DNA of 64,000 nt, taken from an uncultured Candidatus Saccharibacteria bacterium (lineage in GTDB: Bacteria > Patescibacteriota > Minisyncoccia > Phycocordibacterales > UBA918). Location: assembly GCA_964402035.1 (NCBI GenBank), contig CAYOAM010000003.1:162657-226656 (forward strand). Reading direction: 5' to 3'. Position numbers and translations under genes: made by a program. Below the pieces are notes generated by a model. The model was not told the DNA's origin and did no database searches. It was given only the letters and a program-made list of their open reading frames with translations. This document shows, one piece after another, positions 8,041-17,021 of the stretch (its first letter is position 1; each line of letters starts with the position of its first letter).

Positions 8041-9519
8041 ATGTCAATGATAGTCCGCAGCGAAATTCCGAAAGAAGTACTCTTTGTCGCAGACACGCTC
8101 GAAGCAGCGGGTTTTGAAGCATACCTCATCGGAGGCTGCGTGCGCGACATCTTAATAGGGAAGCGACCAAAGGATTGGGACATCACCACCAATGCACGTC
8201 CAGAAGAAATAACAGGACTCTTTGTGAACACCTACCAGAACAATGATTTTGGCACGGTGGGCGTCGTCAACGACGAAACGACTGACGAGACGCTCAAAGT
8301 AGTCGAAGTCACTCCATATCGCGTAGAATCAAGCTATTCTGACGCGCGCAGACCTGATTCTGTCTCATTTAGTACTTCAATTGAGGACGATCTCAAACGC
8401 CGCGACTTTACCATCAACGCTATTGCGTATCGCCCTAGAAACGAGGAATTTATTGATCTGTTCGAAGGAATAGGGGACTTAAAGGCAAAACGACTCCGCG
8501 CGGTAGGTATTCCGCATGACCGCTTTGCTGAAGATGCTCTCAGGATGATGCGTGCCGTTCGACTTGCGGTCGAGCTTTCATTAGTTATTGATGGTGACAC
8601 GCTGACCGCCATAGCGGGCAACGCCGAAAACCTAGGTCGTATATCGAAAGAGCGCATTCGAGACGAGTTTATCCGTATCTTGCAATCGAAGCAGCCCATG
8701 CAAGGCATTATTTTCCTTGAAAAGCTTGGCCTTTTGCCCTATATCGCTCCTGACCTCCTCCGGGGCATCGGGGTCGCGCAAAACCAAGCCCATGCTTTCG
8801 ATGTATACGAGCATCTCCTGCGCACCATGCAGCATGCTGCAGACCAAGATTGGCACTTTGATATCCGCCTTGCAGGACTTTTTCATGATATCTCAAAACC
8901 TGAGACTCGACGCTGGTCCGATGAGAAGAAAGATTGGACGTTTCATGGGCACGAAGTGGTTGGTGTACGTGTAACAAAAAAAGCGCTTGAAGCACTCAAG
9001 TTTCCACGTGAAACGATGGATCGGGTCCTAAAACTCGTACGCTGGCACATGTTTTTTTCAGACCCGGATCAAGTCACTCTTTCTGCCGTACGTCGGACCA
9101 TACAAAATGTGGGGGAGGAGAACGTGTGGGATCTATTAAAACTCCGTATTTGTGACCGCATCGGCACGGGGCGACCAAAGGCACAGCCATTTAGACTCCG
9201 CAAATACACTGCGATGGTGGAAGAAGCACTTCGCGACCCAATTAGCGTCAAGATGTTGAAGATTGATGGGGCAAAAATTATGGAAATTAGTGGGGAAAAG
9301 CCCGGGCCAAAGCTTGGTCATGCCCTCCATGCACTCCTCGAAGAGGTACTTGAAGATCCAAAGGTAAATACGGCTGAATACTTGGAAAAGAGAGCGGCAG
9401 ATCTTATGAAAATGCCTATTGACGCACTTAAAGCTCTTGGTGATAAGGGGAAGGATAAGCAGCGATTAGAAGAAGAAGGTGCAATCAAAGCTATCCAGAG
9501 AAAGCACCATGTAGCCTAA
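8041..9519 (+). CDS. cca: CCA-adding tRNA nucleotidyltransferase (PolyA-pol head plus HD domain)
   Basis: 'LIGGCVRDILIGKRPKDWDITTNARPEE' nucleotidyltransferase motif, 'RDFTINA' motif, and a C-terminal HD domain (HAFDVYEHLL...FHDISKP). Confidence 0.85.
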   Translation: MSMIVRSEIPKEVLFVADTLEAAGFEAYLIGGCVRDILIGKRPKDWDITTNARPEEITGLFVNTYQNNDFGTVGVVNDETTDETLKVVEVTPYRVESSYSDARRPDSVSFSTSIEDDLKRRDFTINAIAYRPRNEEFIDLFEGIGDLKAKRLRAVGIPHDRFAEDALRMMRAVRLAVELSLVIDGDTLTAIAGNAENLGRISKERIRDEFIRILQSKQPMQGIIFLEKLGLLPYIAPDLLRGIGVAQNQAHAFDVYEHLLRTMQHAADQDWHFDIRLAGLFHDISKPETRRWSDEKKDWTFHGHEVVGVRVTKKALEALKFPRETMDRVLKLVRWHMFFSDPDQVTLSAVRRTIQNVGEENVWDLLKLRICDRIGTGRPKAQPFRLRKYTAMVEEALRDPISVKMLKIDGAKIMEISGEKPGPKLGHALHALLEEVLEDPKVNTAEYLEKRAADLMKMPIDALKALGDKGKDKQRLEEEGAIKAIQRKHHVA

Positions 9520-9951
9520 AACGCTGAGGGAGACTTGATCAGTTTGATCATTTTTGCCCTAGAAAACTCTAAAACAGAGCGGCTATAAATAACAAAGGCC
9601 CAAGAAGAGTGAATCAAATGCTGTGGGTGACTAAGCATGTGATGATGACAATTCTGGGCCTTTTTCAAGCGTGTCCTATAGAAGGACTGTGTGACACTTT
9701 TGGTCACGACATATGCTTGTGGGCATCGCAACCACAATGAAGTGTGTGGGTTGAGCGATCCCGTCTTCAACATCCAGCCATGTTTTTGGTGATGGGTGCT
9801 AAGGGCGGGACCACTCGTTCATTGGGAGCAATACAAAAATATTGAAGAACATAAAGTAGTTTGGAGGAACTACTCTTTCTGGTTGTGAATGAACAATTCG
9901 GATGCCTAGCAAACTAGGTATCTATAGCCTTCAAGGGCCAACCCTTAGAGT

Positions 9952-10013
9952 ATGTCCTTTAGATTATCATGTAAAGGACATACATGTGGATAAGTGTCCT
10001 TTATAAAGGACAC
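9952..10013. promoter_or_regulatory. Operator-like palindromes upstream of the prephenate-dehydratase gene
   Basis: Inverted repeat ATGTCCTTTA-N10-TAAAGGACAT (9952-9981), a perfect 20-bp palindrome GTGTCCTTTATAAAGGACAC (9994-10013), and a DnaA-box-like TGTGGATAA (9986-9994). Confidence 0.5.
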
Positions 10014-10063
10014 TGCCTACTACCCAGCGCAATGACGCCTCATGTGTTATAGTTTTTTCCATT

Positions 10064-10702
10064 ATGGAAAATAATACTGCGACAAAAAAACAGCCGACTT
10101 CGGTACCTACAAAAAAAGCCAACGGCAATCAACGGGAGCAGATCGGTCTTATGGGTGCAAAAGGTAGTTTTTCCGAAGAAGCGGCGCGTACCTATGCAAA
10201 CAAGGCAGGGATAAAGGCCTTCGACCTTCACTATCTTATCAATGCAGAAAATGTACTCTCTGCTCTTGAGAAAGGGGAGATCGACATCGCTATCTTTCCT
10301 ATAGAAAATAGCAACGGAGGCATCGTCCTTGAGGCAGTGCACGCAATGTCCAAGCACAATTTTGATATTAAGAAGATCTTTGAGATTGACGTCCATCACA
10401 ACCTCCTCGTGAAAAAGGGGACAAGGGCAGGGGAGATCACGGCGATCACGTCACATGACCAAGCCATTAAGCAGTGCCGCATGTACCTCAAGCGCATGTG
10501 GCCTACAGCGGAGATACAAGTATACGTAGACACTGCCAAAGCAGCGGCCGACCTCGCCAATGGCACGCTACCAAGAACAACTGCTGTCATAGCCTCCCGC
10601 GCAGCAGCAAAAATCTACAAGCTCGACATCCTCGAAGAGTCGATCCAAGACCTCAAGTGGAACTACACAAGCTTTATCGCAGCGACTAAACGAAATACGT
10701 AA
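10064..10702 (+). CDS. pheA: Prephenate dehydratase catalytic (PDT) domain protein, no ACT domain
   Basis: 'IGLMGAKGSFSEEAA' N-terminal motif. A PBP-like fold with length (~210 aa) appropriate for a stand-alone PDT domain. Confidence 0.6.
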   Translation: MENNTATKKQPTSVPTKKANGNQREQIGLMGAKGSFSEEAARTYANKAGIKAFDLHYLINAENVLSALEKGEIDIAIFPIENSNGGIVLEAVHAMSKHNFDIKKIFEIDVHHNLLVKKGTRAGEITAITSHDQAIKQCRMYLKRMWPTAEIQVYVDTAKAAADLANGTLPRTTAVIASRAAAKIYKLDILEESIQDLKWNYTSFIAATKRNT

Positions 10703-10732
10703 AAAAAAGCCGCACTCTCGTGCGACTCTACA

Positions 10733-11485
10733 CTACGTCCTTAAAAATTTTTCTAATTTCTTGAGTAGTACGTACGCTTCAGGATACTTTTCCTCCTTTA
10801 TTTGTTGTCTGTAGAGTTTAGCAAGCTTCTCCCTTGCTTCTTGTATTGCACTAGAAGATAACTCAATATTTTCATCAAGGAGATCTGGTCCATATCTCCT
10901 ATAGTCCATTGTATCTACTGCCGCATAGCTGGCTGGCTCCACAAGGGCAACATCAAACATACCCTGATTAGGTCGATCATTATAGGTTACCTTGCCCTTA
11001 AGGAGCACCCCATCACACTCAACCTCTACAAAGGTTTGTATCGCATACAAGCGTGCATGGCGTTCTCTTTGTTTTCGAAGTCGTTCTGCTTTTGCGATCT
11101 CAATCAATCGCATTGCTTCTCCTTCAGCATGAGCGCGAACTACCGCCGGTCCTTTTTCAAGCAACTCATGTGGTATGACAACCTTTATGTCAGGGTTGCG
11201 CTCATGCTTCCACGCATAGCCACACAAGACAAGCTCCCCTGATCGAGAAACGACATAATCAAGACCCCATAGCGTGTGATTCGTATCGTATCCAACCATC
11301 TTTTTCCCTTTCTCTTGTAAACGAACATCCGCCCGTATGGGCGGATGTAATATGTCGTGAGTTGATACATCGCCCCCCATACGAGGTTGGATTTCGCACC
11401 TTACATTCTGCAGGTTGCGGACAGAGTTTTGGGCCAGTTCCCTTAACACCTCTGCTCTCTTGATGTGATCTACTCGTTGCAACAA
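10733..11485 (-). CDS. Hypothetical protein (250 aa)
   Basis: Clean ORF. No recognised motif. Confidence 0.45.
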   Translation of the reverse strand: MLQRVDHIKRAEVLRELAQNSVRNLQNVRCEIQPRMGGDVSTHDILHPPIRADVRLQEKGKKMVGYDTNHTLWGLDYVVSRSGELVLCGYAWKHERNPDIKVVIPHELLEKGPAVVRAHAEGEAMRLIEIAKAERLRKQRERHARLYAIQTFVEVECDGVLLKGKVTYNDRPNQGMFDVALVEPASYAAVDTMDYRRYGPDLLDENIELSSSAIQEAREKLAKLYRQQIKEEKYPEAYVLLKKLEKFLRT

Positions 11486-11539
11486 TTGATCAAAAGTAAA
11501 AGTTCCATATTTTTAAACCTGCCACCCACAAATATGTAG

Positions 11540-12310
11540 CTACACTTCAATCTCCAATGTCACCGGGCAGTGGTCTGAGCCGAAGATGTTGGGGAGGATT
11601 TCTGCTCTTTTGAGTTTTGGAATAAGATCTTGGCTTGCGAAAAAGTAGTCGATACGCCAGCCGACATTGCGATCGCGGGCTCGCGTCTTTTGATCCCAGT
11701 ATGAATAGGCGCCAGTTTTGGTAGGGGAGAAGTGGCGGAACGTGTCGACATAGCCGTGGCGCACCACCTCATCAAGCCACGCACGCTCCTCAGGGAGAAA
11801 ACCGGTGTTTTCTACATTTTCTTTGGGACGCGCAAGGTCGATCGCTTCATGCGCGGTGTTTACATCACCACAGAAAATCACCGACCTGCCTTTAGATCGA
11901 AGCGCATCGACGTACGCGAGAAAGGCATCATAAAATTCCATCTTGTATGCAAGTCGCTCGGGACCTTGCCCTCCGTTTGGAAAATAGATATTGAGAAGAA
12001 CAAAATCTCCGAAGTCACCGCCAATGATGCGCCCTTCGTCATCAAACTTCGATATACCAATGCCGTATATGACTTCTTTTGGAGCCACTTTTGTATAGAG
12101 CGCAACCCCGCTGTATCCCTTTTTTAATTTCGAGGAGGAAAAGTACGAAGTGTATCCCGATGGAATACGCAGAAAGTCCGAAAGCTGGCTTTCTTCTGCT
12201 TTAGTTTCTTGAAGACAAAAAATATCGGGCGCGAGTGCGAGAAAATCGGCAAAAGTTCCATTTCCCTCGCATGAGCGCAGGCCGTTGACGTTCCATGATA
12301 TGAGTTTCAT
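11540..12310 (-). CDS. xth: Exodeoxyribonuclease III / AP endonuclease (EEP family)
   Basis: 'MKLISWNVNGLR', 'FCLQETK', 'SYWDQKTRARDRNVGWRIDY' and a C-terminal 'GSDHCPV' hallmark. Confidence 0.9.
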   Translation of the reverse strand: MKLISWNVNGLRSCEGNGTFADFLALAPDIFCLQETKAEESQLSDFLRIPSGYTSYFSSSKLKKGYSGVALYTKVAPKEVIYGIGISKFDDEGRIIGGDFGDFVLLNIYFPNGGQGPERLAYKMEFYDAFLAYVDALRSKGRSVIFCGDVNTAHEAIDLARPKENVENTGFLPEERAWLDEVVRHGYVDTFRHFSPTKTGAYSYWDQKTRARDRNVGWRIDYFFASQDLIPKLKRAEILPNIFGSDHCPVTLEIEV

Positions 12311-12451
12311 CGGACATAACTATACCAAATCTGATATAAAAAACATGGATACATCCCTAGGCTTACCCCAGGGGGTGGTTGGAGATAGGCAGGTTTAATG
12401 GTATATAATGGATCCGTTGGGTGTGTACTAAAAAAATAATTTAAATTCACT

Positions 12452-12709
12452 ATGGTTAGAAAAGCCAATCCTGCACTATTAAAGCCGATGAACCTCTCAG
12501 CTGAACTTGAGGCAGTTGTTGGAAAGGGTCCAATGCCACGTTCACAGGTTGTTAAAAAGATTTGGGAGTACATCAAGAAGAAAGATCTTCAGAATCCAAA
12601 GAACAAGCGCAACATTTTTTCTGACGACATGTTGAAGCCCCTCTTTGGTGGAAAGAGCGAAGTGACCATGTTTGAAATGACCAAACTCATCTCAGCACAC
12701 ATCTCGTAA
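12452..12709 (+). CDS. SWIB/MDM2-domain protein
   Basis: 85 aa with 'LSAELEAVVG...PMPRSQVVKKIWEYIKKKDLQNPKNKRNIFSDDMLKPLFG', typical of bacterial SWIB domains. Confidence 0.7.
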   Translation: MVRKANPALLKPMNLSAELEAVVGKGPMPRSQVVKKIWEYIKKKDLQNPKNKRNIFSDDMLKPLFGGKSEVTMFEMTKLISAHIS

Positions 12710-12723
12710 CCCTCAAGCCTCGT

Positions 12724-12757
12724 AAAAGCCCCGCGACCAAATGTCGCGGGGCTTTTA
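12724..12757. terminator. Bidirectional terminator between convergent genes
   Basis: aaaagccccgcgac-caaat-gtcgcggggctttt. A 10-bp GC stem with an A-tract and a T-tract. Confidence 0.8.
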
Positions 12758-12822
12758 CTGTATATCACGCACACATCAGAATTAAAAAACTCATTGGTGT
12801 AATGGCACCAGTGAGTTTTGTG

Positions 12823-13092
12823 TTAGTGGATCTTGCCCTCAAATCGTGCATACCTGATATCGGTTGCACGAACAAGTACGCTATGTGCCACCCTCACCGA
12901 ACGAAGCGGCCCCTCAATTTCGCGCTTCCAAAAATCAAGAAATTCTTTGAGTCTTGGAAACTTAGGTGAATAATCATATTCCTGCCAGATATAGACCTGC
13001 AGGAGACTATAGTCAGGGAGTCTGTACTCGATTTCTGCAGTGGTCAGTCCATAGTCCCCATCGGGGTCAGTCGATCGAATGATATGCACCAT
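12823..13092 (-). CDS. Hypothetical protein (89 aa)
   Basis: ORF ending at the convergent terminator. Confidence 0.45.
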   Translation of the reverse strand: MVHIIRSTDPDGDYGLTTAEIEYRLPDYSLLQVYIWQEYDYSPKFPRLKEFLDFWKREIEGPLRSVRVAHSVLVRATDIRYARFEGKIH

Positions 13093-13443
13093 CAGACACC
13101 TCCCAAAAACAAACCCCTACCAGTAAATCGCTGTACGAGCGAGAAGTCAATATGACAAACGAATAGCTACACAGCCAAAAACGACCCTGCTTTTTTGCGG
13201 GGTCTTTTTTATAAAAAAAAGACCCCGCAGCATGTGCCACGAGGACTTAAGTTTTTGTTGGCATCGTTCGCAAAAGAAGCAGACGGGCTTCAGCGATCAA
13301 AAATGCAGCAGCTTGTACCGCCTTGTCTGCCTCATCGAGGTATCGCTTTCCGGAAGCGACAATATCTGCCCGTACGTGTACCGGTAAAACCGCAACACGC
13401 CGAATAGTCACTTTTCTTTTCATGATAATCAAACTCCTGTCAG

Positions 13444-13860
13444 TTAAAGCTTGAAGGAATCATCCTCTTGCAAAAGTTTCCTACGGTAAAATTCTCTACC
13501 CTTAGGCGGTATACTTATAAGTGCGTATTGCGCGCAAAAGTTGAATGGGTATGGTAATGACTCATCATTAAACCATCGACCGTTTCGCCGTTTGTGTACC
13601 AGGAGTCCCGAGGCACATGCCGCCCTCTCTATGTGTTCAACATCGGAAGAGCGCGTCACGAAAAGATGATACAGGACACCGCCGACAGGGCATTCAAACA
13701 ACTTGAGTCCCATAAGTGAGGGGCTCAAGTTGACACTATATTGGTGTATGGTGCGAAAACAATCCTCTATAGGCAGACACCTTCTGCCTATAAAACAGAC
13801 ATGATCATACAGACCAACATACGGAGCACGTGACACCAGGTTCATTTGTAGCCTCCCCAC
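13444..13860 (-). CDS. Hypothetical protein (138 aa)
   Basis: ORF only. Confidence 0.4.
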   Translation of the reverse strand: MGRLQMNLVSRAPYVGLYDHVCFIGRRCLPIEDCFRTIHQYSVNLSPSLMGLKLFECPVGGVLYHLFVTRSSDVEHIERAACASGLLVHKRRNGRWFNDESLPYPFNFCAQYALISIPPKGREFYRRKLLQEDDSFKL

Positions 13861-14003
13861 AGGTATCGTACGGAAGATCTTTACATCTTTGCCAAGTATG
13901 TTGCATTTTCTTTTATTGTCAATTTACGCTGAATATGTGCCTCTTAGCAATCACGTCCATGACCATAAATTTGTTTATATGCACTACATAATTCGTTAAT
14001 GAG

Positions 14004-14033
14004 AAAAAGGCGCCCTCTATGAGGGCGCCTTTA
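14004..14033 (-). terminator. Rho-independent terminator for the 14106..14474(-) gene
   Basis: ggcgccctc-tat-gagggcgcc stem followed by a T-tract on the minus strand. Confidence 0.65.
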
Positions 14034-14105
14034 GCAAAAGACAATCTCTCTCTTTAGGTCCGTTGAACATTTCTCACACACCATTCGGCATCAAAGTTCG
14101 TGTTT

Positions 14106-14474
14106 TCACACAACGACAAGGCACCTTAAACTTAGACAATACAATTTACCAGGGAATGGCTTCCTCTGTCTGTATTCCTCTACATCCAACTGTGATGCTC
14201 GCGCAGCCCGAATAGCAGCCTCGACCTCTTGTATTGGAACAACTGCAACGCGATAATCGTGCCCAGATCTCCATACTCTGAATAATCCGAGTATCCATGG
14301 AGCATGCTCATACTTGAGCCGTAACTGACATAGGAAATCCGTTATCGCAGACTGCGTCTGCGATCTAGGCACACATCCAACAAAACAAGCTTTGTTAAGA
14401 ACCGTAGCCCGAAACTGCTCTCGTGTAATCTTCCCCTGAGGCATTCCTTCAATATTCCAAGGCACAATGCGCAT
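14106..14474 (-). CDS. Hypothetical protein (122 aa)
   Basis: ORF only. Confidence 0.4.
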   Translation of the reverse strand: MRIVPWNIEGMPQGKITREQFRATVLNKACFVGCVPRSQTQSAITDFLCQLRLKYEHAPWILGLFRVWRSGHDYRVAVVPIQEVEAAIRAARASQLDVEEYRQRKPFPGKLYCLSLRCLVVV

Positions 14475-14534
14475 CTCGGCCCCCTTTATGAATTCCGCTA
14501 CCAGAGTACGCCCAAAGAAAGTCTGCTGTCAACG

Positions 14535-15455
14535 TTACCTCCGTCCCTTTCCATGAAAGTTTTTATGCACTTCGCGCAAGTGTGCATCGGTAACGTGGGT
14601 GTAGATTTGGGTCGTCGCTATGTTCGCGTGACCTAACAGTGCTTGGACGGAGCGAATGTCGGCGCCATTGCCCAGAAGGTCCGTGGCGAAGCTGTGCCGG
14701 ATAATGTGCGGCGTGACCTTGCGAGTGATGCCCGCTTTGATCGCATACTGCTTTACCGTACGCTGCACCGCGCGTACCGTGAGTCGCAATTCCTTCGTAT
14801 TTTTCGCATTTTTTCCATACTGCACAAACATCGCATCATCCATATCTTTGCGTACCTTGAGATATTCTTTGATCGCATTTTTTGCGGTAGGGGAGAGAAA
14901 GACAACCCGTACCTTGTCGCCCTTGCCGCGCACCGAAAATTCATCACGAGAGAGATCCACATCATCAGTCGAGAGTGCGCAAAGCTCAGAAACACGTAGC
15001 CCTGTTGAAAAAAGGAGTTCGAGTATCGCGCGATCACGGAGACCCTGTGTCGTTTTAGCATCGGGCGCCGCCAAAAGGCGTTCGAGCTCGGCTTGGGTGA
15101 TAAGGTCGAGAGATCTCTCACCGACTTTCGCAAGCTCAATACGTTCAGGAGAAACTGACTCAATGCCGCGTTTGCGGAGAAACTTTAAAAATGCGCGGAG
15201 TGCTATGAGGTAGTAGTTCTGTGTACGTCGCTTCATCGTCTCGACATTGCGCCCGACTTTGGTACCCGCTTGCCTGTTGAGCCAGACACGATACTCACGA
15301 ATCATGCTTTCCGTGATATCTCCCGGATCTTTTATTTTTGCATATACCACAAAACGCTCCAGGTAATGCCCATAGTTGTCGATCGTTTTTGCACTGCGAC
15401 CCTTTTCAATTTCAAGATACTGCAAAAATTCTCGGATACCTTCAGTAATAGTCAT
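14535..15455 (-). CDS. xerC: Tyrosine site-specific recombinase, XerC/XerD family
   Basis: C-terminal catalytic motifs 'GLRVSELCAL', 'HIIRHSFATDLL', 'LLGHANIATTQIYTHV', plus an N-terminal SAM-like domain. Probable start is the Met at 15455. Confidence 0.85.
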   Translation of the reverse strand: MTITEGIREFLQYLEIEKGRSAKTIDNYGHYLERFVVYAKIKDPGDITESMIREYRVWLNRQAGTKVGRNVETMKRRTQNYYLIALRAFLKFLRKRGIESVSPERIELAKVGERSLDLITQAELERLLAAPDAKTTQGLRDRAILELLFSTGLRVSELCALSTDDVDLSRDEFSVRGKGDKVRVVFLSPTAKNAIKEYLKVRKDMDDAMFVQYGKNAKNTKELRLTVRAVQRTVKQYAIKAGITRKVTPHIIRHSFATDLLGNGADIRSVQALLGHANIATTQIYTHVTDAHLREVHKNFHGKGRR

Positions 15456-15511
15456 ACGACTATTGTACGCTGCATCACAAGCGTCGCACAATATGGTAGA
15501 GTGTTTGCACT

Positions 15512-15784
15512 ATGGAAAAACAACAGATGAAAATCGAAGTGGAGAAACATGCACACGCACTCACGAATGTTATTTTTGGGCACAATGGGGAACAGTTTGA
15601 TCTTTTGATGGTTTCCGGCCACACCGGACGACACTATGTCTGTACACCAGCACACGCAAAGCGCGTTTTGTTGCGCCTTGGCGAACACATTGCCGCATTT
15701 GAGAAAGAGCATGGCGAAATCAAGGTCTCTTTGCCAAAAGTAGCGAAAAATGAGAGCGGGGAAGAGAAACGGGTCGGTTTTTAG
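15512..15784 (+). CDS. DUF3467-like small protein
   Basis: 90 aa with 'HALTNVIFGHNGEQFDLLMVSG', reminiscent of the DUF3467 family. Weak call. Confidence 0.35.
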   Translation: MEKQQMKIEVEKHAHALTNVIFGHNGEQFDLLMVSGHTGRHYVCTPAHAKRVLLRLGEHIAAFEKEHGEIKVSLPKVAKNESGEEKRVGF

Positions 15785-15868
15785 CCAAAAAGAAGCCTTG
15801 GGGGGCTTTTGCAAGGTGCAGTTACGACAGTACTTGCAAATATTGTCAATCTGTGCTATAGTCTAAAC

Positions 15869-16135
15869 ATGCTTACGAAACGAAAGAAATTGAATGCCAC
15901 GAAAGAAACGCGTCGGCATGACAGCGATACCGGATCGCCTGAAGTACAGGTTTCTCTTTTATCAAAACAAATTGACGAGCTTTCGACGCATTTGCGCAAA
16001 CACAAGGGTGATGTGCACTCACGACGTGGACTTTTGCAAATGGTTGCTGATCGTCGCAAACATTTGAAGTACTTGGAGCGTACTAATGTGAAAGCATATA
16101 GCACACTCACAAAGAAACTTGGTCTCAAGAAATAA
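15869..16135 (+). CDS. rpsO: 30S ribosomal protein S15
   Basis: 'GSPEVQVSLLSKQIDELSTHLRKHKGDVHSRRGLLQMVADRRKHLKYL' is canonical S15. The true start is the in-frame Met at 15869 (88 aa). Confidence 0.9.
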   Translation: MLTKRKKLNATKETRRHDSDTGSPEVQVSLLSKQIDELSTHLRKHKGDVHSRRGLLQMVADRRKHLKYLERTNVKAYSTLTKKLGLKK

Positions 16136-16251
16136 ACGCGCCAACGGCTCCCGAAGGGGGCCGTTATGCTATACTCGTTTGTAGGTACCGTTCATTATTT
16201 TTTATACATTAAACAGACGCATTTCTTCAAAACATTGGAGAAAGGATTTAT

Positions 16252-16836
16252 ATGACTATCGTTAAACACAAAGAACAACGTGTCGGTATCTTTATCGACA
16301 CACAAAACCTCTATCACAGTGCAAAAAATATTTATAAGGCAAAAGTAAACTTCGAAGCCGTTGTCCACGAAGCTTTGGGCGACCGCAAGCTCGTTCGCGC
16401 TATTTCCTATGTCGTCACAACTGAAAGCGGGGAAGAACAGGCTTTTTTCGAAGCTCTCCAGAAAATCGGCATTGAGACAAAGACCAAAGATCTACAAATT
16501 TTCTTTGGTGGGGCAAAAAAGGCAGATTGGGACGTCGGTATGGCGATTGATGCCATTAAGATGGCTCCTAAACTTGATGTTATTGTCCTTGCGACAGGAG
16601 ACGGAGACTTTGTACCGCTCGTTGAATACGTGCGCGGCCAAGGATGCCAAGTGGAAGTACTCGCTTTTGGACGTTCAGCCTCTGCGCGCCTCCGTGAGAT
16701 TGCAGATGATTTTCTCGATATGGATGAAGACCCACATACGTTCCTCATTGGCCACAGGCAATCACATAAACACAAACAAGGGAGACAGGATCGTCCCGGT
16801 GCAGGCACCATTGAAACCATTGGTGCCGACGCGTAG
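16252..16836 (+). CDS. NYN-domain / LabA-like protein
   Basis: 'VGIFIDTQNLYHS', 'DVGMAIDAI' and 'ATGDGDFVPLVE' NYN signatures. Confidence 0.75.
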   Translation: MTIVKHKEQRVGIFIDTQNLYHSAKNIYKAKVNFEAVVHEALGDRKLVRAISYVVTTESGEEQAFFEALQKIGIETKTKDLQIFFGGAKKADWDVGMAIDAIKMAPKLDVIVLATGDGDFVPLVEYVRGQGCQVEVLAFGRSASARLREIADDFLDMDEDPHTFLIGHRQSHKHKQGRQDRPGAGTIETIGADA

Positions 16837-16853
16837 AGCTGTAACTACATCGA

Positions 16854-16895
16854 AAACCCCCGCGACAAGCGCTGCTTGTCGCGGGGGTTTTCTTT
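16854..16895 (+). terminator. Rho-independent terminator
   Basis: aaaacccccgcgacaagc / gcttgtcgcgggggtttt. A 15-bp stem followed by ttttctttttg. Confidence 0.85.
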
Positions 16896-17021
16896 TTGCC
16901 GTGTGCTTATATATACTCTATCTATTATCAATAGTCGGGAGGTAGGCGGATACAGGTTTGAAATGCAAAGAGCGTATGAACGCTTAGACTTCAAATCTCC
17001 ATTCCGAAAATCTCCCACGTT

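Noticed and set aside
8028-8231. Antisense ORFs inside cca, pnp, dnaA and others (e.g. 8334..8708, 17228..17524, 52608..53021)
   Set aside because: They lie opposite to or overlapping high-confidence conserved genes. Low-complexity frame artefacts.
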